Shown here one piece after another: positions 21,467 to 33,239 of a DNA stretch of 64,000 nt. The DNA comes from Naegleria gruberi (lineage: Eukaryota). The stretch is from assembly GCA_000004985.1 (NCBI GenBank), contig GG738901.1; one strand, given 5' to 3'. The first letter of the stretch is position 1, and the number at the start of each line of letters is the position of its first letter. The notes beneath the pieces are model-generated. The model was not told the origin of the DNA. It made no database searches and worked only from the letters and a program-made list of their open reading frames with translations. The translations under genes were made by a program, and so were the position numbers.

Positions 21467-24400
21467 ATGAAACGAAAACTCCCATCATCATCTTCATCAA
21501 ATTCGGGAGGAAATTTTGATCATCATCAGCAAAATTCTCTTTCATCGTCCAATTCCCGAATGATGGAAATGATTAGGAGTCAGAAGGAGAGACGGAAAAA
21601 GATTAAACAACAGGAAAATACTTCATCAGCCTTTTTTATTATGGATACATTGCATGGAATTTATTCGGAAAAGAAGAATACATCATCATCAGCTTCATCA
21701 GAAGTACAGAGTTTATTTAATCTAGTGACGATTGGTTTATTAGCCGACTTGTCGAAATGTGAGAATTCATTGGAAATATTTAGAGAGAAAATTGAAAAGT
21801 ATATTGTGCATTCTGATCAGTATCGGGATGAAGCCAATTTAATGAATCAATTTATTGTATATCATATTTATCTTTCACAGGAGATTTTCCTTTGTTTTTT
21901 GAGGAGTAAAAGTGAGGCTGTGATTAGAGACAGATTAATAGAAATTGGATTGAAGAGCATTTTGGCTTTTGTAAATTCTAATAGCAATATTATCGAGTAT
22001 TATTTTAATAGATTCTTCAAGTTTTTAAACTGTGAATTTATTAACAAGTTGGCAGATAGAAATGTGTGGATACACATGCTGTCCAGCACGGAATTTCTAC
22101 AATTTACTTCAAAGGGGATTCAAAGGTTGTTTAATGTGACAAGTGAAGATACTCTCACATTGCACATTACAACTCTGTCACTTCTACAAGAATCTCAAAC
22201 TATTTCAATACCTAATTTTATAATGACATGCTCCGACTACTTTATAGATAATTTGGCACATAGGACAATATTGGAAAATCATAACTTTGAGAGCAATCCA
22301 AATATTGTTCAACACTTTGAGAATGTTTCATATCAGTGTATTTGGTTTATAACATTCTATGATAAGAAACGAGACACATCAAAATTACTGAGATTTATTT
22401 CGAATTTCAGGAAAGTTAGACAAGGGGAGAATTCACCTCTAATGATATGGGAAAACCTCTCTAATAATTTATCCAATCCTTTACCGCTGAAATCATACAT
22501 GACACTGTTAAAATCTGGAAAGAAGATTATTGACAAGCCTCTATTTCAATCTTTTGTAATTAGCGAGTTTTATAATTTATTCCAAGTTTCAGACAAATTA
22601 TCAACAGAGGAAATATTTAAAAAGAACAAGGAGCCAATCTACTTGACTGTAGAACCAGGATCTGACAAGATCTTAGAAGAGGTATTTCAATGGAATATGG
22701 ATAATTTGGAGAATTTTAATGAGCAAATGTGTGACATTTTGCGAGAGTTATTCTCCTTTCAGAATCTTGATTTTGTAGTCATGACACATTTTGTTAACAA
22801 GTTGTTAAAACTACAAGAGAATACTATTCTTAAATTATTGGATGAATTAGTTTTGGAATATATCAATAGAGAGGACATTCCTGGATGTGTAAATTGCCTA
22901 ATTATTGGAAGGAATATCTTTCCAATCCCAAAAACAATGAAACCTAAAAATGCTGTCTCCAATGGTAACCTACATCTTTCAACCATTGATCAGTGGATGA
23001 AGGACAACTTTTTCGTATACCTTTCTTCAGGTGGAACCAATACTGGAATTGAAAGAAATACGAGGCAGGCGTCCTTTGTGACTAAATTGATAGAGTATAT
23101 TATTCCACTAGAGAATAGCCTTCTGTTGACATTGTATCAAAAGGTTTTAAATAACCTTGTAAATTCTAGGTATGAATTAGTGAGTACCTTATTGAATAAG
23201 ATTAAGAAGGCACAACAATCTGAAACTGAAACCGATCAAGACTCAACAGCTGACTCCGACTATGAGGAATTAAAAACAATATTATTGGAGTATGAAAAAT
23301 ATGGAGAGAATGCCTATAACACATCATCCAAGTCCTCAATTCTTCCCCTCTCCTACTATCCAGTCATGAAAAAGACCAAATGGTGCAATGTGATTGTTCC
23401 CCAACTTCTCTCCTTCACACTAAGGGACAGTCATGATGGAGTAATGAGAACAAAATTTGAGAAACTCAAGTCAGCTCTCATTTCATCATTGGTCAATAGA
23501 AAGCTAATTCCAAAGGATATGATACAAATTGCAGATCCAAAAGAGGATAGCCAAGGTGTGGAAAGCGCTTCTTCAACACTCCATCTCAAAGTTTCATTAG
23601 TGGAGGGATGTTTGTTACGAGTTGTTTCTGAAATTGAAAATCAAATCAAGAAACAATCAACTAACATTGATTCACTCTTGGCACTCTTTTTTGAATGCCA
23701 CACAGCTATTACAGCTGTTACTAATATTTTAAAATCAGAAACATTTGATGTGAAAGTGAGGAACTCTACTCAAAGCAAACTGGTGGAAATAGTACTTCAA
23801 TCATTTTATGAATGTTGTATGGTAATGGGATCATTTAGCCAACACGAGGGATTACTTGTTACTATTTTGAGTGATGGAAATTCTCAAATATCTGAAACCT
23901 CGTCAAGTCAAAGAAAGCAAAACCATCTCGATTGGATAGTGCTATTCAAAGTTTCAGTTCTGATGCCTTTGGCTAATGTTAGTTCTTTGATCAAAGATAG
24001 AATACTGAAACTGCTGAAAAATATCAATACCAAAGACTCTAACTCTGATTTGATATTTACAATGTCAGTGCTATTGTCATCATTAATTACTGTTTCTACT
24101 AATGAAGTTACAATTATTCAAGAATTTATAGAATTGACCAACAAAGGAAAAGATCAATCCTCCCACAAAGTATTAGCAAATGGACTTGAAGAAAGAATGG
24201 CTTTGATTAAAGCCTGCTTTTTCATTTGGGATGAAATCAAGCCAAAGAATTTTGTTGAATCAATTATATTTGCCAAGTTGATAGTCTCCTGTTTAGAATT
24301 GTGCCACCATTTTCAAAACTATAACTCTGATTTTGGTGAATCCATCAATGTAATTGATTGTATTTCACATAATATTCTTGAAGAGACCTTCCAAAGATCT

Positions 24401-26393
24401 ATAGTCGAGCACTTTACTTCCTCTCAACCTAGAGATAATGAGTTCTTTTGCTTTATTCCAGCCAAAATGCAAAGATTATACTTTTGGATTAGCTCAAGAT
24501 ACTCTTTACTATTTTCTCAGGTGGATATTTCATCAAGAAAGAGTGAGAAGGTCCAACAATTTTCAAATTTGACCAAGCAAGATGAGTCTAAATTCAAGCA
24601 AGTGAAAAATCATTTAGAAAGCATACACTCATCCTTTAATAATGAATTTATTGATAATCTATTTAATGGAATTCAATTACTTGACTTTGATGAGTGGACA
24701 TATTTCGAGTTAAATATCCAGGATGAAATGTGCCACAAGGTATTATCTTCCTACTATAAGAATCAATTCCTTCAATATAATACCCTACTCTCATCCAAAA
24801 TGTCCCAAAACTCATTACCGTTCATGCTTTCAACATTGTTTTCACAGGCATTGTCTTTTGAAAGGGAATGCGAGCATCATTCTATAATGATACAATCCCT
24901 GATTGGCTTGATTCCAAAATTCAGTACGAATGACCAATTTTCCAACCAAGACCAATTTTGGCTATTTAAATCATGGCTACAAGCTATGCAATCAAGTCAA
25001 GAACATTCGAGAAAATGCCTCTATGATTTCGTAATATTTACCGAGCATCTAGATCCAATTATTTATTATTTGGGAACATATTCACTCTCTGTATTCTCCC
25101 AAGATTTTGATTCGAATATCAAGGTTTTGAAAAATACCCTTTCTCAATTTTCAAAATCTTGCCTTATACCAATATCACATCTGCATCCTTGGCCAGTTTT
25201 GTTTACCTCAAAGATTTTGGAAGGATTATTTTCACTAGTTTCCATTTCTCTAACCTGGATACCAAAGAGAGATACTTCAACTAGGGAACTGAAACAGTTG
25301 TTCAGAAATTTCATAACAGAAAACGAAATACTCAAACTTAATATTACAAGACATCTAGGATTACATGTATCAAATTTGGAGACTTGGATTTTCAATTACT
25401 TTTCAAACTCTCAAACAAACAAGGAAGAACTTTTATATAATTCAAAGGAAACACTCAAGGAAATTGTATCAGATTTGGAAAGGGATTATAATTTTGGTTT
25501 AAAGTTTTTGGTAAAGGAAACTCCTCTTGCCTTACTGAACACAATGTTGAACAAAATTGATTGCAATTTTGGAGGTTTATTGATTTCAGACATGTTGATT
25601 TCACTATTTATTAGTCCAACAGCTTCGAAATATTTGGATCCATTCTTTGAATTGAAAGAAAAAACAATTGAACAGCTGCCATCTCAGATATCAATCCATT
25701 CCCAAACAATTCTTGATTATCTAGATGAAACCAAATTCTCAAATACCACAGACACCAATAGATTGTCCAAAATAATAGAACTTGTATTTGGGAGAATAAG
25801 TTCCTTACTGAACACTCAGGAATTGGGTAGAGAAATGGTTCGACTTTTTCCAACAATTACTTAAATCCCTTTTCATCCACTACATTTCATTCATTAAGAA
25901 AATAGAACACATCTCTACCGCAACAATTCCAAATCCTCAAATTAACACCATCCACCAAGATATTCCCAAAATTTTAAAAACTATTATCCATCAAATATTA
26001 GCAAGCAATCCGATTAATTTTATTGCCATTGCCGAACAAGCCATACATGGCAACATTTCAGGTTTGCCACACTTTGAAGAAGACTCCTACCAAAAAGCGG
26101 AATATCAATCATTAATTACCATAGCCCTAGTTCAAATAATTTTGGCAAATGATGAGTTAATAAGATGCATCCTTAATCCAGATAGTGAGTCTCCATGGCT
26201 CGCTTTAACAAACTCTGCTGAATTCCAAAATATACTTTCTCAATTATTGGAAAATATTAATTCAATGGCTCTCCATAGTGAGATTCTTGTAAATTCACAA
26301 AGAATCAAGCTCAACCGAATCACTCCAACAGCACTCAATTTGGCTAGAAAGTTAATTCAAAAGAAATTAATCTCTGAAAGCGCCATTATCTAA
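21467..26393 (+). CDS. Very large hypothetical protein of about 1640 aa. ORF 21467..25864 continues in another frame as the stop-free stretch 25812..26393, with a +1 shift at a T5 run (25845-25849).
   Basis: The main ORF is 1465 aa from the ATG at 21467. The frame-0 stretch 25812..26393 is 194 codons without a stop, which is improbable by chance in AT-rich DNA. It overlaps the last 50 nt of the main ORF. The listed ORF 26064 starts at TTG. No GT..AG intron reconciles the two frames. Deleting one T in gactttttcc does. Confidence 0.6.
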
Positions 26394-28076
26394 TCATCTG
26401 ATACAATCAAGTACATAATGTAGGAAATAATAAATATCAGCGAAGGTGTACTTGATTTGATCATTTCATAAAGAACTTTTCTATTCTTAAGATTAGAATA
26501 AATCACCATAAGGAATTGTCTAGGAGCAATTTGACCCTTGAATTTTCCCAACTTGTCATTGATCTGAATTTGCCTCACATCGCTTACACTAAATCCAAAT
26601 GCTGTCAAAATCCAATTAATCAAGGAAATGTATTTTGTTGCCTGAACTGTTTTTAACTCTGAAACTAAATCTGTTTTTGGATCATACTTCATGACAGTAT
26701 ATTGTCCATTGAAAAAGTTTGAAGGTTGTAACCAAATTGAAGGAGCATTTTGAATACTCTTTGTATGTTTTCTCTTTTGAGCTTCCATGAAAAAATAATA
26801 ACGACTATAAACTTCTGACATCATGGCTCTCTTCCAAATGAAAATGAGTCCCAAACAGAATAGACCAATCCAGAAAACATTGCTTTGTTTCCATCTATTC
26901 AATCTACTGGCAGTCAACCAAGAATAGAAAAATACAATGAGTGTAAAGTCCCAACTCGTTACAATACCAAATGAATATAATTCTGATGAAATTGGATACA
27001 AGAGTGCAGTACCAAAATTAGTCATGAAATCCAACAATAAATGAGAACTCAAGCAACATGCAGATAATGTTGTACAATGTGTAAAGCTGTTAAATCCATG
27101 CAAGCCCAACACTTTCTGAACTCCAAAACCAATGAGTGGGGATAATAATAAATTAATAGGCAGAGAATGTGAAATAGTTCGCCTAAATGTAAGACTATTC
27201 TTGTCACGTCTTTCAAGCATGGCTTTCCAATTTCTTCTTGCGTTAGTAACTGTTGGTTGAGTATCCTCAGAATCAGAATCATATTGAGATAAATTACTAG
27301 AGCTACCAGCAGGAGTCTGTGCTGCATTAAGTGAAGAACTACTGAAACTTGAAGTCATTCCACCACCAGAAGATTCCTCCTGTTTCTTATTTGTTAATGA
27401 AATAAAAAGCTCCCACAATCTATGAATTCTGTCAATCATTCTCGAAAATCCCTTGAAGAATGACAAGAAAAACGAAATGATGAATAATGCAATATCTACA
27501 TCAGGTAAATTAGCCAAAATCATTCCAACTACGTAATACTTTTGTTCAAAAGTCAAATGGGAGAAGAATCGTTTAATTCTCCTCAGAAATTTAAACATAT
27601 TCGTGCTCAACACTTTAAAGAATTGTTTGAGTGATGTTTTTCTCAATAATTGTATCTTATCCTTTCCCATCATTAATTTACTTGCTCTATAGAGTTTCAA
27701 TTATAATATTTGGATCATTATTTTCCAATCAAGGCAATACATTCCATTGTCATCATTATCCGATAACAATATTTAAATAACAATTAATAGTAAATTTAAA
27801 TAATAATATTGATGATAATAATAATAATATTATAAATTAAATTGATGATCATCAAACATACCCATTAGCAGCCATTACTCCTCCATCCACAAGTGATTTT
27901 CCAATCAAGTAGAGAAATTGTTGTTGATCGGAGGTGTGTTTCAAATGTTCACTGTGTTTGACCATTGGACTCTCAGGAATCATTCGAAATCTCTTCCCTT
28001 TATCCGATACAAAATTCCTCTCAAACAAGTATCTCGAAATGACATAACCAAATATTGAGTGAATATCTGTTAACAT
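26390..28076 (-). CDS. Multi-pass membrane protein (about 503 aa) in two exons, complement(join(26390..27686,27862..28076)). The intron is 175 nt (GTATGT...CTATAG).
   Basis: The upstream 74-aa ORF 27852..28076 has a true ATG at 28076. Splicing its GG|GTATGT donor to the acceptor at 27687/27686 joins it in frame to the 436-aa ORF. That ORF starts at TTG and has no ATG until 27673. The intervening sequence is extremely AT-rich and intron-like. Several hydrophobic helices are present. The family is not recognised. Confidence 0.5.
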
Positions 28077-28300
28077 TTTTTTATCTTAGTTTTGTTTCTG
28101 TTGTGTAAACAATTGTTGTTTGATAATTTTAATACTTTAAATAATAAAATTAAATAATAATTATTAAATATTTATATATTATTAAATTATGGTTGAATTA
28201 TCGTGCTTGGGTCATCATCGTCTTGATCTTGAGAAAATATCGCAACTGACTCTAATATCCTAGGAGGTGAATAATAAATTAGTGCTGGTTCTCTGAATAT

Positions 28301-29406
28301 TTATTCAGTCTTAGTCTTCTTCTTCTTGTTCCAATGAGGCTTACCACCACGTCCACCAAAGCCCTTTCTCTTATTCTTATTGCTTTCAGCAAACTTAGCT
28401 TCACAGGTCTTAGCAATATACTTTTCCAAATCTTCTGGAGCCATTTCCGAAGCAACAGCTTTACCTGGAAGTTCAATCTTTCCTTCATCGAATTGTTGTT
28501 TAAGAGAATCGAAAACTTCCTTTGATTCCAATCGAAGAATAGCCTTGGTCTTATCACCATCGAGTGGGAAATCAATAAACTTCAAACCATTCTTCTTGTT
28601 GTATGGCAATTTCTTGGAGAAATCAGCAAATCCGAACTTTTCGTCACCTTCAATTCCTTGAATGTGCAAGAAAAAGTTTTGCTTCAATTCAGTTTGCATA
28701 TTAGAAACATCTTCTTGCTTCTTTTCTTGATTCTTCTTTTGCTTACTTTCTTCACGTTCCTTTCTCTTTCTATCAAAATGTTGTTGCTTGGTTTCCAAGA
28801 GGAGAACAGATTCTCCAAACTTGAAGTCAGACTTTCCAGCCAATTCATTAACAGTAGATTCAGAATCGAATTCAATGAAAGCAGATCCCTTGAATGTACC
28901 ATTCTTTTCTCTTCTGGCTCTAACACAGACAACTTTACCAAAAGGTTCAAAAAGAGCCTTGATTGAATCGAGATTAGCAACACTTTCATCGAGTGGGAAT
29001 CCCTTAGCATATAAAGTACGAGCATTGCTAGTATCAACTTCTGGAAGAGCAGTGATTCTTCTAACCAACTTTCCTTCAGCATCAATTTCCAACATGGAAC
29101 TCTTCTTCAAAGCAGAAACAATAAGATCCATATCAGTAGAAATTTGTTTCATTCTATTAAAGGAAGCAATAGTCTTAAGTTCAACATCTATTCATCATCA
29201 TCATTATCAAATTATCATCATCATCAACAATAATATCAATGTATGGGATATCGGTTAATCAATATTGACAATATAAAACACTTACATCCTTCAGGATTGT
29301 TAGCAACGAGACTTCTCAAAAATTTATCCTTTGGAAGATTACTATCACTAAAGTAGAATTCAACTTGTTCACGAATCTTGTTTGAAGTAATTTCAGCGTC
29401 AGACAT
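28301..29406 (-). CDS. La protein homolog (La motif plus RRM) in two exons, complement(join(28301..29187,29286..29406)). The intron is 98 nt (GTAAGT...GAATAG).
   Basis: Exon 1 encodes MSDAEITSNKIREQVEFYFSDSNLPKDKFLRSLVANNPEG, which is the canonical La motif start (QVEFYFSDxNLxxDxFL). Splicing continues with (G)YVELKTIASFNRMKQ..., then an RRM-like region, and a Lys/Glu-rich C-terminus ending in a basic tail. The intron contains an (ATC)n microsatellite. Confidence 0.85.
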
Positions 29407-29832
29407 TTTGGTTATTGTTGTATTTTTTTAAAGACGAAAAAACGTTCAAATTTATTTCTGCAATAACATTTGTTGAAGTTGCTCAGAAATGCATAACAGA
29501 TAATAATAAAATATTTGATGATGGTGATGATGAACATGGAGATCAAGATCTGCATGATATGGTTCGGAATGATTCGTTTTTGAAATATAACGTGTTTATA
29601 AATACATTATCATAATGATGTGAGTTAGGTAATTGTTAATTGTTTAATATTAATGTGAGCATTATTAAGGATATAATTTCAATTGTCATCCTCAATGACA
29701 TTTCATGATAGGACTTCTTGGTTCACTACACTTTTGTTGGAATAACTATCTAGAGCTTGATCTCATTTTCATATCTAATCTTGGTTCCCTATAATATAGG
29801 AACAGCTAAGCAAAGCTTATTGCCTAAACAGC

Positions 29833-31136
29833 TTAGTTTTGATGTTCAGGGTGATTATGTCTCGAGTAGAGTGGTTGATCATCTATTTCGTCAGATAAAT
29901 CTTGTATATGAAGACCAGCAAAGGTACTTGAGCTCAGTGTACTCAATTTGATAACTTGCATTTTGCTGAGGGAGATTTCTAATTCTTGTTCAATTTCCTT
30001 TGAGGATTCCTCAGTGATGGCATTCTGATTTTGTAACCAATTGATAAAGTATTCTTCACTGGAGCAAGTGAGGATTGAGAAAACTATTCCTCTATAGTAG
30101 GACCAAAAGTAGTAACTGCCAACAAATATTGGTGTCATGGAGATGACAATTCTGATTGGAATTATTCTGTGAAGTGATAAGAGCCATGTCAGTAAGGCAA
30201 TAATAATACTAGCTACAATAAGAATGAGTCCACTGGTTTCAGTTGCTGCAGAACTGAACTCTTCAAGTACTCTGGAGAAAGTGAATATTGTAAATAAATT
30301 ATTAGTGAACACTTACTTTCTACTAAGAATAATCATAATAACAATCAATACCAAGTAAAAAATTGTAAATGAAAAATTGACAGCAACAGAAGTGACACTA
30401 TATCTACACTTGTCATTGCTAATATAAATTTCCTCAATTGCACTCGCAATAATACAGTAAATTATTACAGGAATCAGCAAGAGCACAATGAAAACCATGT
30501 TAATATATTTGAGTTTTCTCTTTGTTTTAAATCCAATCAAGACAATGAGTTGTCTTGTGAGCAATGTGCAAATCCAACCAAACTATTTCAATTTTTTAGA
30601 ATAATCCATTGCGAAGAAAATACTTACAAATCCAATATTGAAAAACCAAATTGAAAATGTCACACACAATCCCTTTGTTGAATTTGCGAGTAATCCATTA
30701 TTGAACTGTAAAATTCGAAAGATTAAGAATGTATCATTTCTAATACTGAAAAATATGAAATACCTACACAATATCCAATAAACATGACTGCATTGAAGAA
30801 TAAAGTTTTTGCCATTAGAAAGGGATGTTTCGAACGGACAGCAATCTTCTTGTACTTGGTAAAAACCAAAGCCATAGCAACGAAATTACACAAAATCATG
30901 AAACAACCAACAGAAAAAGCAACAATATCTGCAGGTGTTTGTGATGGTACTGGTTTAAATCCGAAAGGGTTTAGAATAGATGAATTAGAGGAATCTCCTG
31001 AATATAATGGTTGATATTGTTCCGTATCAAAATCTCCAAATAAATTAAACAGAGTTGATAGGAGTGGTGTTTGTTGTTCTTCTCCTATCGAATGAAATGT
31101 TAAATGTGTCATGTCATCCACAGTATGTTGAGACAT
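29833..31136 (-). CDS. Seven-transmembrane receptor-like protein (383 aa) in four exons, complement(join(29833..30271,30317..30582,30628..30705,30768..31136)).
   Basis: Four consecutive minus-strand ORFs in different frames join exactly through three introns. The introns are 62 nt (GTAGGT..TTTTACAG), 45 nt (GTAAGT..AAATAG) and 45 nt (GTAAGT..CTCCAG), and the phases are consistent. The spliced protein has an ~60-aa N-terminal tail, seven hydrophobic helices, and an acidic C-terminal tail. The ATG at 31136 was checked. Confidence 0.7.
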
Positions 31137-31269
31137 TTTTTATTATAATTGTTTGATGGGCTGACAAGCTTGATTACAATACTTTCGAATATTGTGATAC
31201 ATACATTTATTATGTATAGTGGAGAACTAAATACTGATTAAATATTAAATACATGCAGAATATCTTTGA

Positions 31270-32250
31270 TTACAGAACAAATCTTGGTACGTTCTCATTT
31301 TCCTGTGCTAAATAATTTATATTATCAATGTTATTCATTGATAACATGTTTCCAATATTAAATTGAGTAAGGTCTGTATTCTGAGAGAGGAGAAATGTCA
31401 GAATAGTTTCAGAATCATTTGGTCCTGTATATTCTGTGAAATAATCAGAGAAGGGATACTTTTCCAATTTTTCCTTAAAGAGATCAAGCTTGGTAAAAAC
31501 TATTGAAACATCCGCTGGTATATATTCTGAATAATTTACAAATTCACTAAAATTTTGTAAAGCCAACCAAAGACAATTAGCTCCAGAAATTGAGTCTGTT
31601 AAATTGTAATCTGCAAGGGAAATTAAATAAATTACTCGTGTCATGGTATTGTCAAAATGAGAAATCCACTTTCGTTTCTCATTTCTTTGTGGACTAGGAT
31701 CAATTAGTTTACTTGTTTCAAATGAAAATTCATAAATTGATGACTTGGAATGAGGTATTTTAGTTTGTAAAAGATCATGAATTGTAAAATCTGCATTGAT
31801 TGCTTGTAATTTGGCAATGAAATTCTCAGAAAAAAAGTATCGAATATTTTCCATATATCTGAAATGATGTGAAATGAATTCCAATTCCTCACTCTTTAGC
31901 ATTGTTAAATATTTCATAAATTCGATCATGCTTGATGTGAAAACTCCACTTTTCCTAGCTTTTTTAATTTCCTCATTTAAATTACTGAATTTAAAATCGA
32001 CTATTTTGAATGTTTGCCAACAGATGTCCAAACATCGAATGACATACTTTCGAATATGCAATTCTCTTTCTTCCGCATTCATCATGCTATTAGTTTCTTT
32101 CGATAGATGATAAATTCCATGTCGAAAGGTTGACTTTCCACTTGAACATGCTCCTAGAATTAGTATTTGTTTTTTGCATGGTGTAATTCTGCGTCTCAAA
32201 GCAGTATCAATAGCTTGACTGTGAAGTTTCTGCTGCTTTCGTTTACTCAT
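31270..32250 (-). CDS. Divergent heterotrimeric G-protein alpha-subunit-like protein (326 aa).
   Basis: The G1 P-loop is QILILGACSSGKST. A helical-domain-like insert follows. A block aligns with the G-alpha switch I to G3 region (...LIDPSPQRNEKRKWISHFDNTMTRVIYLISLADYN). DVGGQR is replaced by DPSPQR. The G4 NKxD motif is replaced by TKLD. There is no N-terminal MG(C) lipidation motif. Confidence 0.7.
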   Translation of the reverse strand: MSKRKQQKLHSQAIDTALRRRITPCKKQILILGACSSGKSTFRHGIYHLSKETNSMMNAEERELHIRKYVIRCLDICWQTFKIVDFKFSNLNEEIKKARKSGVFTSSMIEFMKYLTMLKSEELEFISHHFRYMENIRYFFSENFIAKLQAINADFTIHDLLQTKIPHSKSSIYEFSFETSKLIDPSPQRNEKRKWISHFDNTMTRVIYLISLADYNLTDSISGANCLWLALQNFSEFVNYSEYIPADVSIVFTKLDLFKEKLEKYPFSDYFTEYTGPNDSETILTFLLSQNTDLTQFNIGNMLSMNNIDNINYLAQENENVPRFVL

Positions 32251-32623
32251 TTTTTTCTTTCGTGGTTCTGCAAAAAGTTCTTGTCTTGTTCACTATAAGT
32301 AAGAGAAAGTAAGTTTGACTACAGCTCTGAAAAGTAATCTATTCGCAAATGAGGCAGTTTTACCACATTCCTAAATGAAAATTTTCTTTCCAAAAAAACA
32401 TTTGTTGAATTTTGGCTCCTTTTACCCAGGAAAAATGAAAGTCCTTTAAAGTGCATTCCGACTTACTCACATATCTGTTCGTTCATTATTATCTGATCTA
32501 TTTACCACATGCAATGAACCTCTTAAGAATCCATCAAGTGATAAAAAAACAAATAAATTGATCTCAATCATTGTAGAGGATTAAAATAATATTGTTTTTA
32601 TTCAATTACTATTTTTAAAATCA

Positions 32624-33061
32624 ATGTTGAACAATAAATCTGAGCGAAGTGGTGATGAAAAAGAGGAGGATCTTGTGATTCAGAATCCCTCTAACTGTAA
32701 ATGTAATAATCACAACAATGGTAAGCAGCATCTTGAAGGGACAAATTTAATGCAACAACCACAACCACTGTTGGATGATGATGTGAATGATATTCTTCAA
32801 TTATTAACAATAGAAAGTTGCAGTGGAGGTTGTAGCTTTGATTGTCTTAAATTCGAAGAGAAGGAAGCAGTCGAAGAGGATACCTGTAATCCAATGTCGC
32901 AACAACATCTTCCTTCCGATATCAAATCGGAACCAATTCTCCTACTGCTTACTGATAAGAAGGCAACATCAACAATGGATCACAACGTAAGTTATCATCA
33001 AACATGTAAATTAACGTGCCATTTGGGCGATTTGACTAATTCAGAAGTCGTATGCATCTAA
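32624..33061 (+). CDS. Hypothetical acidic protein (145 aa) with weak support.
   Basis: ATG at 32624. The 145-aa ORF is acidic, sits between two convergent/divergent genes, and belongs to no recognised family. Confidence 0.3.
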   Translation: MLNNKSERSGDEKEEDLVIQNPSNCKCNNHNNGKQHLEGTNLMQQPQPLLDDDVNDILQLLTIESCSGGCSFDCLKFEEKEAVEEDTCNPMSQQHLPSDIKSEPILLLLTDKKATSTMDHNVSYHQTCKLTCHLGDLTNSEVVCI

Positions 33062-33239
33062 CAAACAAGGCGACAATTTTCATCATGAAAAAAGAACAGA
33101 CAATATCATCAACAAGAAGAACAAGGCTTCCTCATCATTAGGCAGTGCTTTTAAAGAAGATTTTGTAAATTTTGTTTCAGAATCCACAAGTTCCTCTTAC
33201 ATTCCGCAACAGCCATTCACAACATTATATTCGAAAAGA

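Noticed and set aside
10628-29230. The palindromic TGATGATCATCA motif and related ATC/GAT microsatellites occur at 10631 and 27843 (both in introns), at 11657 and 11692 (upstream of the 11770 gene), and at 29200 (La intron).
   Set aside because: Most likely simple (ATC)n/(GAT)n microsatellite in AT-rich non-coding DNA, with too few copies to argue for a functional element. It is mentioned only because of the perfect 12-nt palindrome.
28334-29258. Plus-strand ORFs 28334..28525, 28380..28661, 28658..28966 and 28788..29258 overlap the La gene.
   Set aside because: They are antisense to the La protein CDS. The Lys/Glu-rich La tail generates open antisense frames.
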